This document shows, piece by piece, positions 12,776-24,699 of a stretch of 64,000 nt of DNA. How positions within the stretch are numbered: position 1 is the stretch's first letter; each line of letters starts with the position of its first letter. The stretch is from Octopus sinensis (lineage: Eukaryota): positions 83,508-147,507 of the forward strand of contig NW_021833064.1 in NCBI RefSeq assembly GCF_006345805.1, written 5' to 3'. The notes beneath the pieces were generated by a model. The model was not told the DNA's origin. It saw only the letters and a program-made list of their open reading frames with translations, and did not search any database. The translations under genes were made by a program, and so were the position numbers.

Positions 12776-14049
12776 TTATAGTGCTGTTGGTTGGTCCATC
12801 AAATCCTAAACAGTCCACTTTACTGGTACATTTCTCAGTACTCCCACATTCAGTCTAACCAAATTGTTTAGAAAAAATATCAAAAATAACAAATAAATCA
12901 CAAAAATTATAAATTGTGTGACCTATACTATATACACCAAAAATACCACAAATTCAAATTTTTCCTCGAATTGGAAGCCTTGAAATCGTTCACTATTTTG
13001 AACTTTGGAAACACGACCTCCTCATCTACTGACTGTCCACGGAGAGAATCATCCTCCGTGATCTTGTTATTGACATTCCCCAATTCGGCCACATTCCTCC
13101 GAGGAGTGACTGGTCGAGAATACAAGGACAAGCAAAGGGAGGACATAACCAACTGGATTCCCGCATAATGCAGACAGGAAATGCCACTATGGAAGCCCAG
13201 ATGTATAAACAGTCCAAACAAACTGGAGAAAACAAACAAATCCCGGATATATCTAAACATTCTCAAATCCAATCACACAAAAGTTTGTAGAGAGGAAGAG
13301 ACAGACAAAACAAAATTGATATGAGACATTCCGAAGAATTCAATGCCTGTTTAGACTCATCCAAGAAAATTGTCAAAACCGACAAAACAGTCAGAAAACC
13401 CGAAATAACCCACCCAACGGAATCCAGCCAAGACCGGGGCGTCTGGACTAACTAACAAGACCAAACCTCAGCATTGGGGTGCCCGGTGGGTGGAGATATG
13501 TGTTGTGGTGCAATATTGAAGTGTTCTTTGCTTAGTTTGGAATCGACAAAATGTTGGCAGGGTGGACAGAGAGAGAACACTCGGTCTAAAACGGAGGAAT
13601 ACTTTCCGTACTCCCCGTCCTGTCCTAATTACCTCTCACAATACAAAGCGGTCAGTTTGACTGAAAAATGAGTTTAGTTCTCTTATTTTCCGTGCTTGTT
13701 TGAGATTGCAGTTTCCACACAGTCCTCCCCCACCTGATATGGTTGAAACCACCGTGGAATGGCCGTTGTGGTCCGCCGGAATGTCCAGAATAAAGTCACC
13801 GTCCTGTGTGTCACGGAGAATGTATACACTGGCAAATACATTTTGTTGGTCGCAGAAATGACAAGTCCATTTATTAACATTGTGTCGATAGATAACTTGG
13901 TCGTGGTGACAGAACCAGCATTTAACAGTTTTGTAGAGTGCAGCACTGGGTATTAGCAATGTTCACGTTTACTGGACTATTTTAACGAACAGGGACACGG
14001 AAAATATAAACAGGCCCAACCACTCCACTAAAGTTGAATCGAGCCACAT
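12776..14049 (-). CDS. TMEM201: TMEM201/Samp1/Ima1-like inner nuclear membrane protein
   Basis: N-terminal TM segment, then VKCWFCHH...NKWTCHFCDQQNVF...DGDF...and LCGNCNLKQARKIRELNSF (Ima1_N zinc-finger pattern), then hydrophobic segments. 3' end approximate. Confidence 0.72.
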
Positions 14050-14183
14050 TCAAAATATTATTTAATAAGATTTATTTATATAAAAAAGCTAACAAAACAG
14101 AAATGTTATTTTTAGTAAATCTTACTTGAGTAAAAAAAGTGTTTAGTTTGTAAAACCGAATAAAATGCTATTTTATTGTTGCC
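14050..14183. promoter_or_regulatory. Putative bidirectional promoter between TMEM201 and CYP51
   Basis: 134-bp AT-rich gap between two divergent start codons; position only, no motif identified. Confidence 0.4.
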
Positions 14184-15727
14184 ATGTTGTCTTGTGACTC
14201 GAGTTATCTCGCTCTGATATTGGCAGCAATCAGTGTGTTATTTTACTATATAACCAAACGTCATTCTGACGGAAAAGTAGTTATAATTTGATTATTTATA
14301 GTTAAATTATCCACCAATGGTCAAAAGGGGTCTTCCATTCTTTGGAGTCGCCTTTGAGTTTGGAAAAGACCCCGTCAAGTTCCTCCTGTCTTGCTACGAG
14401 GAGGTATGTGGTCAGAATATTCCAAGTATGGGCCTGTCGTGACCTTCACAATGATGGGCAAGCAGTTCACCTACTTGCTGGGCAGTGAAGCAGCAGAACT
14501 GTTCTTCAACAGCAAAAATGATGTCCTCAACGCGGAGGAAGCCTATTCCAAGTTGACGACACCCGTTTTCGGTCCCCGAGTAGTCTACGACATCCCCAAC
14601 CACGTATTCTGATCTCCTAAATAATAGATATTCCTCCAACAAAAAAAAATTGGAAAAAGTGGACTCAATTCTGACCGATTCCGCACATTTGTCCCCAAAA
14701 TCGAGGATGAGACTGCCCAATTCTTCGCCAAATGGACAAAGACAGGCGTGGCTGACTTGTTCAAGGAATTGTCCTCTCTGATCATATTCACTGCCTCCCG
14801 TTGTCTGCTGGGGGATGAATTGAGGGAAGTCATGGACGAGTCGGTCGCTGGACTTCTCTCTGATTTGGATCAGGGGTTTAGGCCGGAGGTGTGGTTACTC
14901 CCCCAGTGGTTCCCTCTCCCTGTCAAAAAGTATGGAATATTGACGATTGTAGAGTCCGGGACCGTGCCCACCAGAAGATAAAATCTTTATTTTCTCAACA
15001 AGTTAGAAAAAGACGGGAAAGTGGTATAAGGCGAGAAGATTTGATGCAAACTTTTATTGATACTCCTTACACGGATGGGCGGAAGATGGACGATGGCGAA
15101 GTGGTGGGATTGCTGATTGGAATGTTGTTGGGAGGGCAGCACACGTCCTCCACGACTTCTTCATGGCTGGGTCTGTACATCGCGAGGGATGAGGCACTGC
15201 AGGAGGCATTGTATGAGGAACAGATGAGTGTGCGGGGAGGGGACCCAATCACGTACGACCATTTGGAGGAAATGGATTTATTGGACAGATGTTTGAGGGA
15301 AACACTGCGACTGAGGGCTCCCCTTATTACTACTATGCGGGTGTGCAAGGTTCCTGTTCAGGTGTTGGGATATGACATCCCCGTGGACACTCACGTGTGT
15401 ATTAGTGCCAGTGTCAACCACCGCCTTAAGAATGTGTGGCACAATGTAGACAACTTTGACCCAGATCGGTTGTTTGTTGGTTTTTATGATAGTTTCCTTG
15501 AGTACGATGTGAGTAAGATTGGACGCTATTCGTATATTCCATTTGGACAGGGCAGACACCGCTGCATTGGCGAGTCCTTTGCCTACGTCCAGATCAAGAC
15601 CATTTGGGCACATCTCATTCAGAAATTTCGTTTCAGCCTTCCGGGGGGTCGTTTTCCTGATGTTGACTTGACTACGATGATTCAAGCCCCCAAACATCCA
15701 ATCATCAACTACACCCTGAGAAACTAG
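14184..15727 (+). CDS. CYP51: Sterol 14-alpha-demethylase, apparently intact
   Basis: [17 protein letters not shown]-helix [20 protein letters not shown] and heme motif [10 protein letters not shown]; frame stays open after removing introns 14277-14301, 14404-14426, 14604-14627 and a further 23-nt intron near 14932. Confidence 0.96.
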
Positions 15728-15774
15728 TTCCTTGTTTGATTTACTAATTGACTGTTTAAATAAAATTGACTTAT

Positions 15775-16934
15775 TCATGTTAAACTCGGTCGATTGTTTC
15801 TCCGCTCTGAGACATACTGACTTGTTTTGCTATGAAGGGGTGGGTCAATGCATGTTTGGCGGTTATTCGATGTCGAGGACACGTTTGGAGCAGTTGGTGT
15901 ACCTCCAATTATATGAAATGTGTACAAAATCACGGGCAATGTCATCCACATGGGGGGGAGTGGTGTAGTCTCCGTCCATTATTCGTCCAATAAGACTGAT
16001 CTCCGGATTATTCCGAATGCGGCGAATACGACTCGGCGAGTTGGGCATGGAGGGTGGCTCTGGCTTGAAGGGGGCGTCTCCAAACATACTAAAATGGAAA
16101 GGACTGCATTACAGCATGTAGCAAATGACTCCACATGCCCATCTAAACAGTGAAGGACACACACCTACATGTCAGCCTCTATTCCATACCCCGAGGGATC
16201 TTCGTCCATGCTACATCGCAGTAACTCGGGGGCCATGTAGAGGAGGGTCCCGCAAGAATCTATTCCTCTCAACCCACGAGGAACCAAACAGTTGCTCATC
16301 AGGTTGTAGGATCTTAGACAAGCCAAAATCTGCGACACAAAGTTTGCCTTCATTTGTCATGAGCACGTTCTCGAGCTGCGGTTTTAATGCACAGAAAATA
16401 CCTTCAGGTCACGGTGGATTATACCGATGGAATGCAATTGACTAACCGCAGTCAATATTTGCTTCATAAAGATCCTTCTAATCAACACACACAAGGAAAC
16501 CTCGTCTGGTCCTGCGAGGAGGCGTATCGGACATTGTGGTCGAGTAGTGTGCCGCCTTCATATCTAAAACAATACACCCCCAAACCAACAAGTCCAATAT
16601 TAAACATGAACTTGTCTCTGTCTCAAACACATCGTGAACAGCCACTACAATGTCACATGCTCATTAACTGATGTGAGCCATCCCTGAGCATTTCTCCAAT
16701 GCAGTCCTTTCTACGCGGGTTAGATGGATTCCAACCATTATTTCCACTGCTTCTGTCCACTATTTTGGCAGCAAATTCACTCCCTGTACAGCGTTCGATC
16801 ACTCGGACGATTACACTGCTCTCTCCCCTTCAATAATTAAGACAACCGAACCGTCCTAATATATCCCGCATTTCGTATTTTGACTCGAACAGTCTCTTCT
16901 CCTCGGAATCGCCTGTGAATTTATCCAGTCTCGT
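15775..16934 (-). CDS. PHKG: Phosphorylase kinase gamma-like Ser/Thr kinase
   Basis: YEMRDILGRGESS, AAKIV, HRDLKLENVL, ADFG, GTLLYMAPELLRCSMDEDPSGYG.EADMW. The C.SMDE..GYG insert is PHKG-like. Start uncertain (ACG 16934 or ATG 16871). Confidence 0.75.
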
Positions 16935-17289
16935 TTGAAATTATTTTATTGTTTTTTTAGGTTTTTAAAAATAAACGATTTAATTATAGTTCTCTAGTAA
17001 ATAAAAAAAAGTAAATAAATTATTATTTTTTTAGGAGAAAGCACTTTACCACCCAGCCGAAAGACTTTTTAATCTTCAGAACTACCCTATCTTTCCGCAT
17101 TCTATAGCCAAGAAAAACTCAAGATTTTAGTGCCAATGAATACTCAGTACTATTAAGAGGGTTGTGCAAGAAATTAAATTAGACGTGGCAATTCTCTAAG
17201 TCTCGATAAGAAGTAAAGAAACATAAATACTGTTTATAGGTAAAGTGTTTTAGCACCATTTAAAACGTTCATTTTATCTGTAATAAATT

Positions 17290-17630
17290 AATCCATAATG
17301 CAACCCGGTGGCGCCTGTTTGGACATATTTTACGAATGAAGAAAGAAACACCTTGCAATATGGCCATGGAAGAATTTTTTGGCCATACTGAATACTCTAA
17401 ATATAGAGGACGTCCAAGAGACTGTTTTCCGGGAATACTTACGAAGGAATATGCTACGATCGGAGGCCGATTGAAGGATGCATACAATCTGGACGAAATC
17501 GGAAAGAGGGCAAGACGATGAAAGGGATGGAAGAGGCTAACGACAAGAATAGTTAAAAACATGGCACAAGCGAAACCATAAACTTTGTTTACTGGCAACG
17601 CGAACGTGCATTAACTAACTAACTAACCAT
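17290..17630 (+). mobile_element. RTE-clade LINE 3' end
   Basis: RWRLFGHILRM...YRGRPR C-terminus followed by a (TAAC)n tail near 17612-17626. Confidence 0.72.
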
Positions 17631-17639
17631 AATGCAAAG

Positions 17640-17930
17640 GTGAATGTCGTACCGTTGGTTATTACGTGGGATGGAATAACATCCAGATTCTATAAACACT
17701 ACCAGAACTCCTTACAAGTCCAGGAATCCACGCGAGGTTATATCCAGTCAATTGTGATCAAGAGAACATTGGAAAGCATGCGCCCGGAGTATAAACTCCT
17801 TCCTACAGCGACGAAGCATGCAATTAAATCGGACTCGAGAACAACCACAAAAGTGGCCTGCCCTGTAAAATGGATAAGTGTACCCGTCGAGGACACTTGC
17901 TCGGGCTCGAAGAGAAGGAGAATCGACTGA
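17640..17930 (+). mobile_element. RLE-type LINE C-terminal fragment
   Basis: VVPLVITWDGITSRFYKHY...L.V...TRGYIQSIVIKRTLESM. Confidence 0.62.
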
Positions 17931-17944
17931 ATGCAGACGCAATA

Positions 17945-19624
17945 CAGTCCGACCTCTAATTGGGGCGCACCTCCAGGGGTGGGGCACCTCTTTTTTGGGG
18001 AAAACTCTGTTTTGGGGCATTATAAATTTTTTTAACCAAATTATAAAAAATCAATTAATTTTAACATCTCTATTTGGGGCATTGATTTTTTATTAAATAA
18101 AATTAATTATACCAATTTAAAAAATAAATATTTTAAGACACGTTTCATTTCAAATTTCTTGTGTAATGCCTTTGAATTATGAAACCAAGTTGAAGATTGC
18201 TGATCATCTTTTAAAAAAAGAACATTCTGAGAGGAGATTATCCATAATGTACAATACTAGCAAGGGAACTATTTTTCGTATAAAAAAGAATATTCTTCCA
18301 TTTATCAAAAAAGGATTTCTTTCCTCATCATTAAGTGAAAATAAAAACGGATTTGATGAAAAAGTCCTTGATATTTTTCAGCGTCTAAGGGATCAGAATG
18401 TTCCAGTTTCTGGAACTCTTTTAAAAAAAATTTCCCTAACTGTTTCTTCGAGAATGGGTTTAAACAAGTTTAAAGCTCCAAATGGATGGTTAGAAAAATT
18501 CAAGCAGAGGCATGAATTAAAATTCCGAACATTGTCAGGCGAATCCGCATCTGCTGATCATGCGATAATTTTGAATTTTTTATCAGAATTAAATATCAAA
18601 GTTGAACAATATGAAAAGGAGAACATTTTTAATTGTGACGAAACTTCTCTTTTTATCAAACTTACCCCACGTAAATCATTCGTGAAAACTGGTGATTCGG
18701 CACGGGGCTTTAAAAGGAGTAAAGATAAAGTTACTCTTCATCTATGCTGTAGTTACACTGGAAAAAAATTTGAACCATTAATAATCGGAAAATATAGAAA
18801 TCCTAGATGTTTCAAAAAATTTTCTCCCGAAATTTATGGAATTTTATACTCTTCGTCCAAAAATGCGTGGATGACAAGAGACATTTTTATATCCTGGCTC
18901 AAAAAAATTAATGAAAAAATGATTATTCAAAAAAGAAAAATCTTAATGTTATTAGATAACGCTGCTTGCCACAAAATATCGACATTTAGCAACGTTGATT
19001 TTTTATTTTTACCAAAAAATACGACACCAATACTTCAACCATTGGATGCTGGAATCATTAAAAATTTCAAGGATAATTATTTGAATTGTCTAATTGATTT
19101 TTTATGTTTTCAAGACGACCAGGATTTGTTTATAGAGTCTTTATTTAAATTAAATTTGCGGCAAGTGGTAACAATAATCTCAGATGCTTGGAATAATGTA
19201 TCTGCGGATATTATTTATAACTGCTGGCAAAAGGTTTTTCGACAACCTCCATCAGACTCGAGTTGCATAAATGAATCATCTGAAGAAATATTTAATAATG
19301 TTATTGATGAATGTTTTGACGAAATAGAAGATAATGATCCAAATATCTATGAGAATATAAGCTGCGAACCATCAATATCACAAATTTTAAGTTTGATGGA
19401 GACAAACATCTTTGATTTGATTCCAGATTCTCTTCATGATTTTTATAAATTCAGAAAGAAAGTGTTGTTAGGAATTAAAAATAAATATAAATATGGAGAA
19501 AAATTAACTGATTATTTTAAAAAATAATGTTCTTTTTCTTTATTTATTGAGCTTTTTGAAAAACCTCTTTTTTGGGGAAACCTCTGATTTGAGGCACTTA
19601 GTGCCCCATTTAGAGGTCGGACTG
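17945..19624 (+). mobile_element. Intact pogo/Tigger transposon (453-aa ORF 18166-19527)
   Basis: TIRs CAGTCCGACCTCTAA / TTAGAGGTCGGACTG, TA on both sides; CENP-B HTH (GWLEKFKQRH), NCDET, LLDNAACH and QPLDAG (DD29D spacing by my count). Confidence 0.95.
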
Positions 19625-19920
19625 TAATTAAAAATCAATTTTATCTGGACTTTTCAAATAAATTCTTTCTGCAATAATTTATACACTCTTCTCATCTCAT
19701 CAATAAAAAGTTCTGGGATAAGTAATATATTCATATTTATGACAATTCTAGCAACAAAGTGCACTAAAATAATTAGCAGCCATTTAATTTGAGAATGATT
19801 TAGTAAAGAAATAATGCGGGTAGGTTGACACGTGAATAGACGAACGTGAATTGACGCGACCGATAAGTATTTATACTTGATTGCCGTTTTGAGTTTGATT
19901 TCTGTTTATTTGTTTATAAA

Positions 19921-20746
19921 ATGTTTTCTTTTCATAATCCTAAAAATATCACTATATCTATCCGAGTCCCCAATTGCCAGTATACGGCAGAAATAGTCGG
20001 AAAACAAGGTGCTGCGTGAATATTAACCGACAGGGTCAAAAATCAAAGCCATTTGCGAAGACACAACACATTCATTCAGAATCCCACCAGAGGAGAAGAA
20101 CCAATCTTCTGCGTGACTGGGGCCTGAGGATGTCGAAAAGGCCATCAACGAAATCAAATGTGCTGCTCAACATTTTTCAAAAATCCGGTCGACACAACTC
20201 GTGGGAGATGAACAGGTGGTGGCGTACGTGAAGGTACCTGACCACTTGGTGGGACTGATTGTGGGGTATGGGGGAATGACGATCACACGAATACAGCGCG
20301 AGACGGGCACATACATTGTCTCGCCCACTCGAGGGAAGGAGCCCGTTTTCAAAATCATTGGGAAGACCAGTGATGTGACCTGTGCCTATGATAAAATCAA
20401 AGCACACGTTCAGACGAGAACAGGGGTGAATGAGGGAGACATCAGAAGATGTATGTTCCTAACGATTGAGGAAATGGAGACTATTCATAGCAAGTCCATT
20501 GAGTCGGGTGACGAGGAACAGTGCAAGGATATCACCCTTAAAAACACGACTCCTCCTAGTAGGGGCTCGACTTCGCCCAGTGATCAATCTTGGGATATCA
20601 CCTATGAATCATGTTTGCATAGACCATTTTACGGAATTCTATTTTGTGGGTATTATGACCCGTCGCTTTATATGTTCTCCTACTTGCAGTACTTGGAGAC
20701 AATGTGCTATATCCACTTTTTCAATTCGCAACTTTGTTATGAATAA
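19921..20746 (+). CDS. MEX3: MEX3-family KH-domain RNA-binding protein
   Basis: KH1 AEIVGKQG.KIKAI...TRGEEPIF.VTG..AAQHFSKIR and KH2 VKVPDHLVGLIVGYGGMTITRIQRETGTYIVSPTRGKEPVF. Two apparent 1-nt indels in KH1 may be sequencing errors. Confidence 0.88.
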
Positions 20747-20879
20747 AGTAACGCTTGGCTGGAATAAAATTCTAATTTCTTTTTATTTCTTAAGTTATTT
20801 ACTATTTTTTAATTTACTTAGACGCCACAATCTTTTAAAAAGTGTTTAAAAAAAGTGGAATTTTATGAAAATAATTATT

Positions 20880-20990
20880 TCATTCTCATGCGCACCCATG
20901 ATCCTCGGGAGGCGAACTGGCTAATGCAACGGTTCTCGATTGCCATCATCCGGGGAAACAGTTTGGCATTCCGCCAGGCTACATATCTAC
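20880..20990 (+). mobile_element. Very short CRE-type 3' end
   Basis: HDPREANWLMQRFSIAIIRGNSL. Confidence 0.72.
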
Positions 20991-21162
20991 CATAAACATA
21001 ATCCTATTGGGAAATTAACAATTGATAACAAAAAAATTATTTCATTTATTTGATTGTATTAAAGTTCTAAATGTCCAGGCGCAATTTATTATTAGCACAA
21101 TTTATTTATAGCCCGGCATGTGCAACAAACAATATTACACAACTAATTAAGTTGCTTCATGC

Positions 21163-21330
21163 ATTTATTTATTGACCAAAAAACCAGGGTAAGCCAGTTA
21201 ATTATAATAATCCGCGTGATCCCCGATTCAAGCGAGGGAGATCCTTCTGAAAAGTTTGATCCTGCCCACATGAATCGGACTGAGATGTTCGTTAGAGATT
21301 TGATCAACCTGAATGTGATTTTTTAACACA
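21163..21330 (-). mobile_element. LINE 3' end related to the family at 42560-44760
   Basis: TTTATTTATT(A)TGACCAAAAA...AATTA...GTGATCCC resembles 42565-42630. Confidence 0.4.
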
Positions 21331-21740
21331 AATTAATTTCTTGTAAAAAATAATTGTAATAATGGAATCATTTTTGGTGACAATTAACTTTAATAGTTAA
21401 TGTAATTACAGTCTATATCTATATTGCATGTATCAATAAAATTGCCCACACCAATACGTGCAATAAACAGATAAACTCGAAGTGAAGCTTTCATTTTGTC
21501 AAATTCATGATACAAAACCACCAGAATGAGAAATTCTTACGTTTTGTAAATAAGAATGAACATGGTTATTCCTTCGATTTCTATTTAAGTGTTTTGAAGT
21601 CCTTTTGTGTAGAACAAGTAATGCAAACAAGCTCTCTCTCTATTTTGCAGTGCACCAACAGATCACTAATACAGTGGGAAAACTTTCTCTTCAAATAATT
21701 AATTAGTCGAGGCCTACAAAATGTATCGAAAAACTTGAAA

Positions 21741-21980
21741 TCACAAAGTGTAAATATTTGAACATTTTTTGCTATCCGCTGAAGGATCGTAGACAAATTG
21801 ATGTTCAGTGACAGCAACAAATCCCTCCTCAAGTGTGGGGTACTCAAATCCGGCATAGAACTCATCAAACTCCTCTTTGGACGTCAAATCAATTCCCCCA
21901 TCACTCGAAAAGTGTCTCACTGCATTCAAATGCTGAGCCAATTCGAGATTGACAGCCAAAACAAGACATGCGGGCTCTGC
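21741..21980 (-). pseudogene. Orphan C-terminal fragment resembling the PNKP kinase domain
   Basis: CLVLAVNLELAQHLNAVR...FEYPTLEEGF resembles the PNKP C-terminus (A.HNN.FR...FE.PTL.EGF); upstream part not found. Confidence 0.5.
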
Positions 21981-22055
21981 TAGTGTTATGAGCCATAACA
22001 CTGATTTTTCACTAAATCTGACTGAAGCATTTGTTTCAGCAAATATTCCTTTATA

Positions 22056-23853
22056 CAGTAGACTATCCATTTAACGAAAAAAAATTTAACGAAAATATTC
22101 ATTTTACGAAAGTCAAAATATTTTTTTACGTTTTTCCTTAGATAAATTCAAAAATAAATTTTTTTTTCTTTGTATTAGTGAATATTTAAATATATTTAAC
22201 GAATATTTAAATAACGAAAATTAAAATTTTTGATAAAATTTTAAAATATTTTTCCTCGCTATTTCTTTGTAGTAAACCATGTTGCAAGGGTGAACAATAT
22301 GAAAAAAAAAAGAAAACTTATCAATTTCAACAAAAACTGGAAGTTATTGATTTCAAGAAGATAATCCTGCTGTTACTCAAGAAAATTTGGCTCAGCGGTT
22401 TAATATACCTATTGGAGTGATCAATTCAACGTTGAACGTTGAAGAAAATGCATTGTATGGATCAAGGCGTCACAAACAAAAAAAGAATATTACATTTAAA
22501 AGTTGTACTGATAAGATATATGAACCACTATATGCATGGATTCAGATCAAACGTTTCTGTAATCACACCATAACTAATGAAATGGTACGCGAAATGGCAC
22601 TCAAAATTGCTCAACGATTTTATAATGAAAATTTCAAAGCATCTCACCCAGATTTCACGCTTTAAGGAAGAGTATAAAATAAAAACACTCACGATTTCTG
22701 GAGAAGAACAATTAGTGGATCCCGTTTTGCTTTAGATTCATATGAACGCTTTGCAGCCATGTTAAAAAATATGGATCGAAAAATGTTTACAACTGGGATG
22801 AAACTGCCTTTTTTTCAAATGTACTCCAAAAAAAACATTAGTTCTTGACTCCGAATCAAGGGCTTCAGGAAAATTTTCTAAAGAACGAATAACACTGTTA
22901 TTATGCACAAATATGGAAGGAGATAAAGAGCATCCGTTGGTAATCGGAAAATTCAAAAATCCTCATGTTTTAAAAATATTAAATGAATAATCTTGGGATT
23001 CAATATGCAAATAGTAATAAATCTTGGATGACCAGTTTAATTTTTAAAAACTGGGTTGAACGGTTAAATTCCAAAATGAGTGTGGAAAATAGAAAGATTT
23101 TGCTTTTTTAGATAATGCGCCATGTCACTATTTTGATGGCGAATTCAGTAATATCGAATTGTATTTTCTTCCTCTAAAGACAACATCTAAGATTCAACCA
23201 ATTGATCAAGGGATTGTGCATTCATTTAAATCGTTGTATAAAAAAGGAATGACTAGAAATTTGAGTATGGGAACAAATATAGGAACATTGTCATATACAG
23301 ATGAACTTACCAAATTCAAATTAGTGAATGCTCTACCTTTAATTATTGAAACTTGGAACGAAGTCACAGTGGACACTATCAAAAATTGCTTTAACAAGGC
23401 ATTAAATAATTGGGCGAAGATAGATGAAAAAATACTTGAAGAATCCACTGACGAAAAAGGTATTAATTTAAATCACCTTACAATTAAAGATAATAAAAGT
23501 GAAATTATGATTGAGTTTCCTGTCTGTGCACCTGTCGTCTGCGAAGAAAACGCGTATCTTGATACAATACAATGTGAGGAAGAAAATGAGCATGAAGAAA
23601 TAGATAGCACAAATGACAATCCATTGGTTATGCGATGCACTTAAATATTTGGAAAATATTGAAAAATATTTTTTGCAAGAATCTGGTGAACATATTCACC
23701 TAATTACAAATTTGAGAAATATATTGGCAAAAATTAAAAAGAAGGAACCTAAAATTACCGATTACATGACACATTTTTAATTAAACAATTTTTTTCGTTA
23801 AATTCATTTAACGAATGCTCAATTTTCATTTTCGTTAAATGAATAGTCTACTG
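22056..23853 (+). mobile_element. pogo/Tigger transposon, copy A
   Basis: TIR CAGTAGACTATCCATTTAACGAA / TTCGTTAAATGAATAGTCTACTG, TA on both sides; frameshifted transposase with LDNAP and QPIDQG. Confidence 0.95.
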
Positions 23854-24699
23854 TATAAACTAAGGAATCCTGCATTAATCAATTTTTTCAATGCTATCGG
23901 ATTCGAGTTACCCTCAGAATCCAAATGCCGAAATAATGTCAAAATTTTGGCCGAAAGACGTGTCCATGAGATAATCAGCTTGTTAATTAATGAAAAAAAT
24001 TTTTTTATCGTGGATAAGACTGACGCTGGTAATGAAAAAATAGTAAATATTCTTATTGGGAAAATAACGGATCCCCAAATCAGCTATCTTATTGGTTGTG
24101 TACCATTAATTCTTCGCTTAATGCATCAATTCTATGTCAGATTGTGGATGATACGATTTGATGTGCAAATGTTGAGAGGAAAAATTTTTATTTGTTATTA
24201 ACCGACGCGGCAAAGTATATGATTTTAGCCGGAAAAACACTAAAAAATTTGTATCCTAATTTATTCCACGTAACATGTATTGCACATTTAATTCACAATT
24301 GTGCATTAAGGATAAAACTAAATTATCCTGTAGTGGATAACTTAATTGCCTCTATAAAAGAACTTGTTTTGAAAAATAATAGTCGAAGGCAACTATTTGC
24401 TGAAATAGGACTACCTCCTAAACCTATTGTTACTAGATGGGGAAGCTGGCTCCGAGCAATCAAGTACTACGCGGAAAATTTTCCCAGAGTGTTGGAAATA
24501 TGCAATTCGCTAAAAGGAGAATCCATATTGATTCGGAGAGCAATGGAATCAATAAAAAATGAAGGACTTCTTAATGATTTAAAGGAGATATGGAATCAAT
24601 ATTCCCCACTCGTTGATGTTCTTAGTGAAATTGAGTCAAGGAACTTTTCTATCCAAAAAGCATACAATTTTCTGAGAAAACTCGATTTCAAAGAAGATA

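Noticed and set aside
15278-15778. Long antisense ORFs over CYP51, the CRE at 50.5-51.2 kb and the RT at 53.9 kb
   Set aside because: Shadow frames of GC-richer coding sequence.
16871-16934. Non-AUG (ACG) start for the PHKG-like kinase
   Set aside because: An in-frame ATG at 16871 still precedes the glycine loop, and a single base error would also explain it.
21181-21200. CAGGG as the missing hAT 5' TIR
   Set aside because: It does not match the 3' terminus or a TSD, and the sequence resembles a LINE 3' end.
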